From positions 7,194,001 to 7,258,000 of the forward strand of contig CM075989.1 of the NCBI GenBank assembly GCA_038087875.1: a stretch of 64,000 nucleotides of DNA, written 5' to 3'. Every line of letters begins with the position of its first letter. Position 1 is the first letter of the stretch. The notes below the pieces were generated by a model, which worked only from the letters and a program-made list of their open reading frames with translations, had not been told where the DNA came from and ran no database searches. A program made the translations under genes and the position numbers. This document shows positions 63,700-64,000 of the stretch, in pieces. Origin of the DNA: Malacoraja senta (Eukaryota).

Positions 63700-64000
63700 C
63701 ATAGCCTCCAACCTTATTGGTTCCCAGCCCCCACGCGGCCCCTTTTTACCTTCTCCCCAAATTCCTTCAGCAGAACTGCCCTGGCAGACCCATCGTTTCT
63801 CCCTGCTCCTGCCCCACTGAAATAATTTCTACAAACCTCGATTCCATCCTATCTCCCTTCCCCCCCCCCCCCCGATCCATTCCCTTCCCACCTATGTCTA
63901 AGACATTAAGTTCTGAGGAAGTGTCCCGACCCAAAACTTCACCTGTTTCTTTTCTCCAGAGATGCTGCCTGACCTGCTGAGTTACTCCACCACTTTGTGT
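63700..64000 (+). mobile_element. Penelope-like element RT fragment joined to a terminal-repeat (hammerhead-like) arm
   Basis: FYLLPK...NCPGRPIVSPCSCPTEIIS.LDSILSP resembles the Penelope RT N-terminal region; followed by ctgaggaagtgtcccgacccaaaac and the arm shared with the palindromic elements. Confidence 0.7.

Noticed and set aside
205..63980. The many 60-190-aa ORFs in the six-frame track
   Set aside because: Many begin at non-ATG codons and overlap SINE/LINE fragments or microsatellites. None resembles a cellular protein I recognise.

Overview
Eukaryotic, repeat-dominated genomic DNA. The repeat content (HE1/V-type tRNA-derived SINEs, CR1-like LINE 3' fragments, Rex1/Babar, L1, Penelope-derived palindromes) points to a cartilaginous fish, probably a skate or ray; this is an inference. 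Nearly all ORFs in the supplied track are spurious or are retroelement debris. The only long intact ORF is a 978-aa DDE transposase (44489-47425, minus) inside a complete 4,270-bp cut-and-paste transposon with TA...TA ends and a 7-bp TSD, best matching the hATw group. A 1,042-bp non-autonomous relative, also with a 7-bp TSD, lies at 13249-14290. A CpG-rich Pol II promoter and candidate first exon at ~20380-20832 (+) carry three AUGA-overlapping uORFs and appear to open a long intron, with a candidate 54-nt exon at 61574-61627; the host gene cannot be identified here. Other notable structures are an L1 with a twin-priming-type 5' inversion and 16-bp TSD, many short Penelope-derived insertions carrying minimal hammerhead-ribozyme motifs, a ~590-bp inverted duplication, and a HERO-like retroelement remnant. 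No prokaryotic systems, CRISPR arrays, rRNA or bona fide tRNA genes were seen. Repeat boundaries without a stated TSD are approximate.
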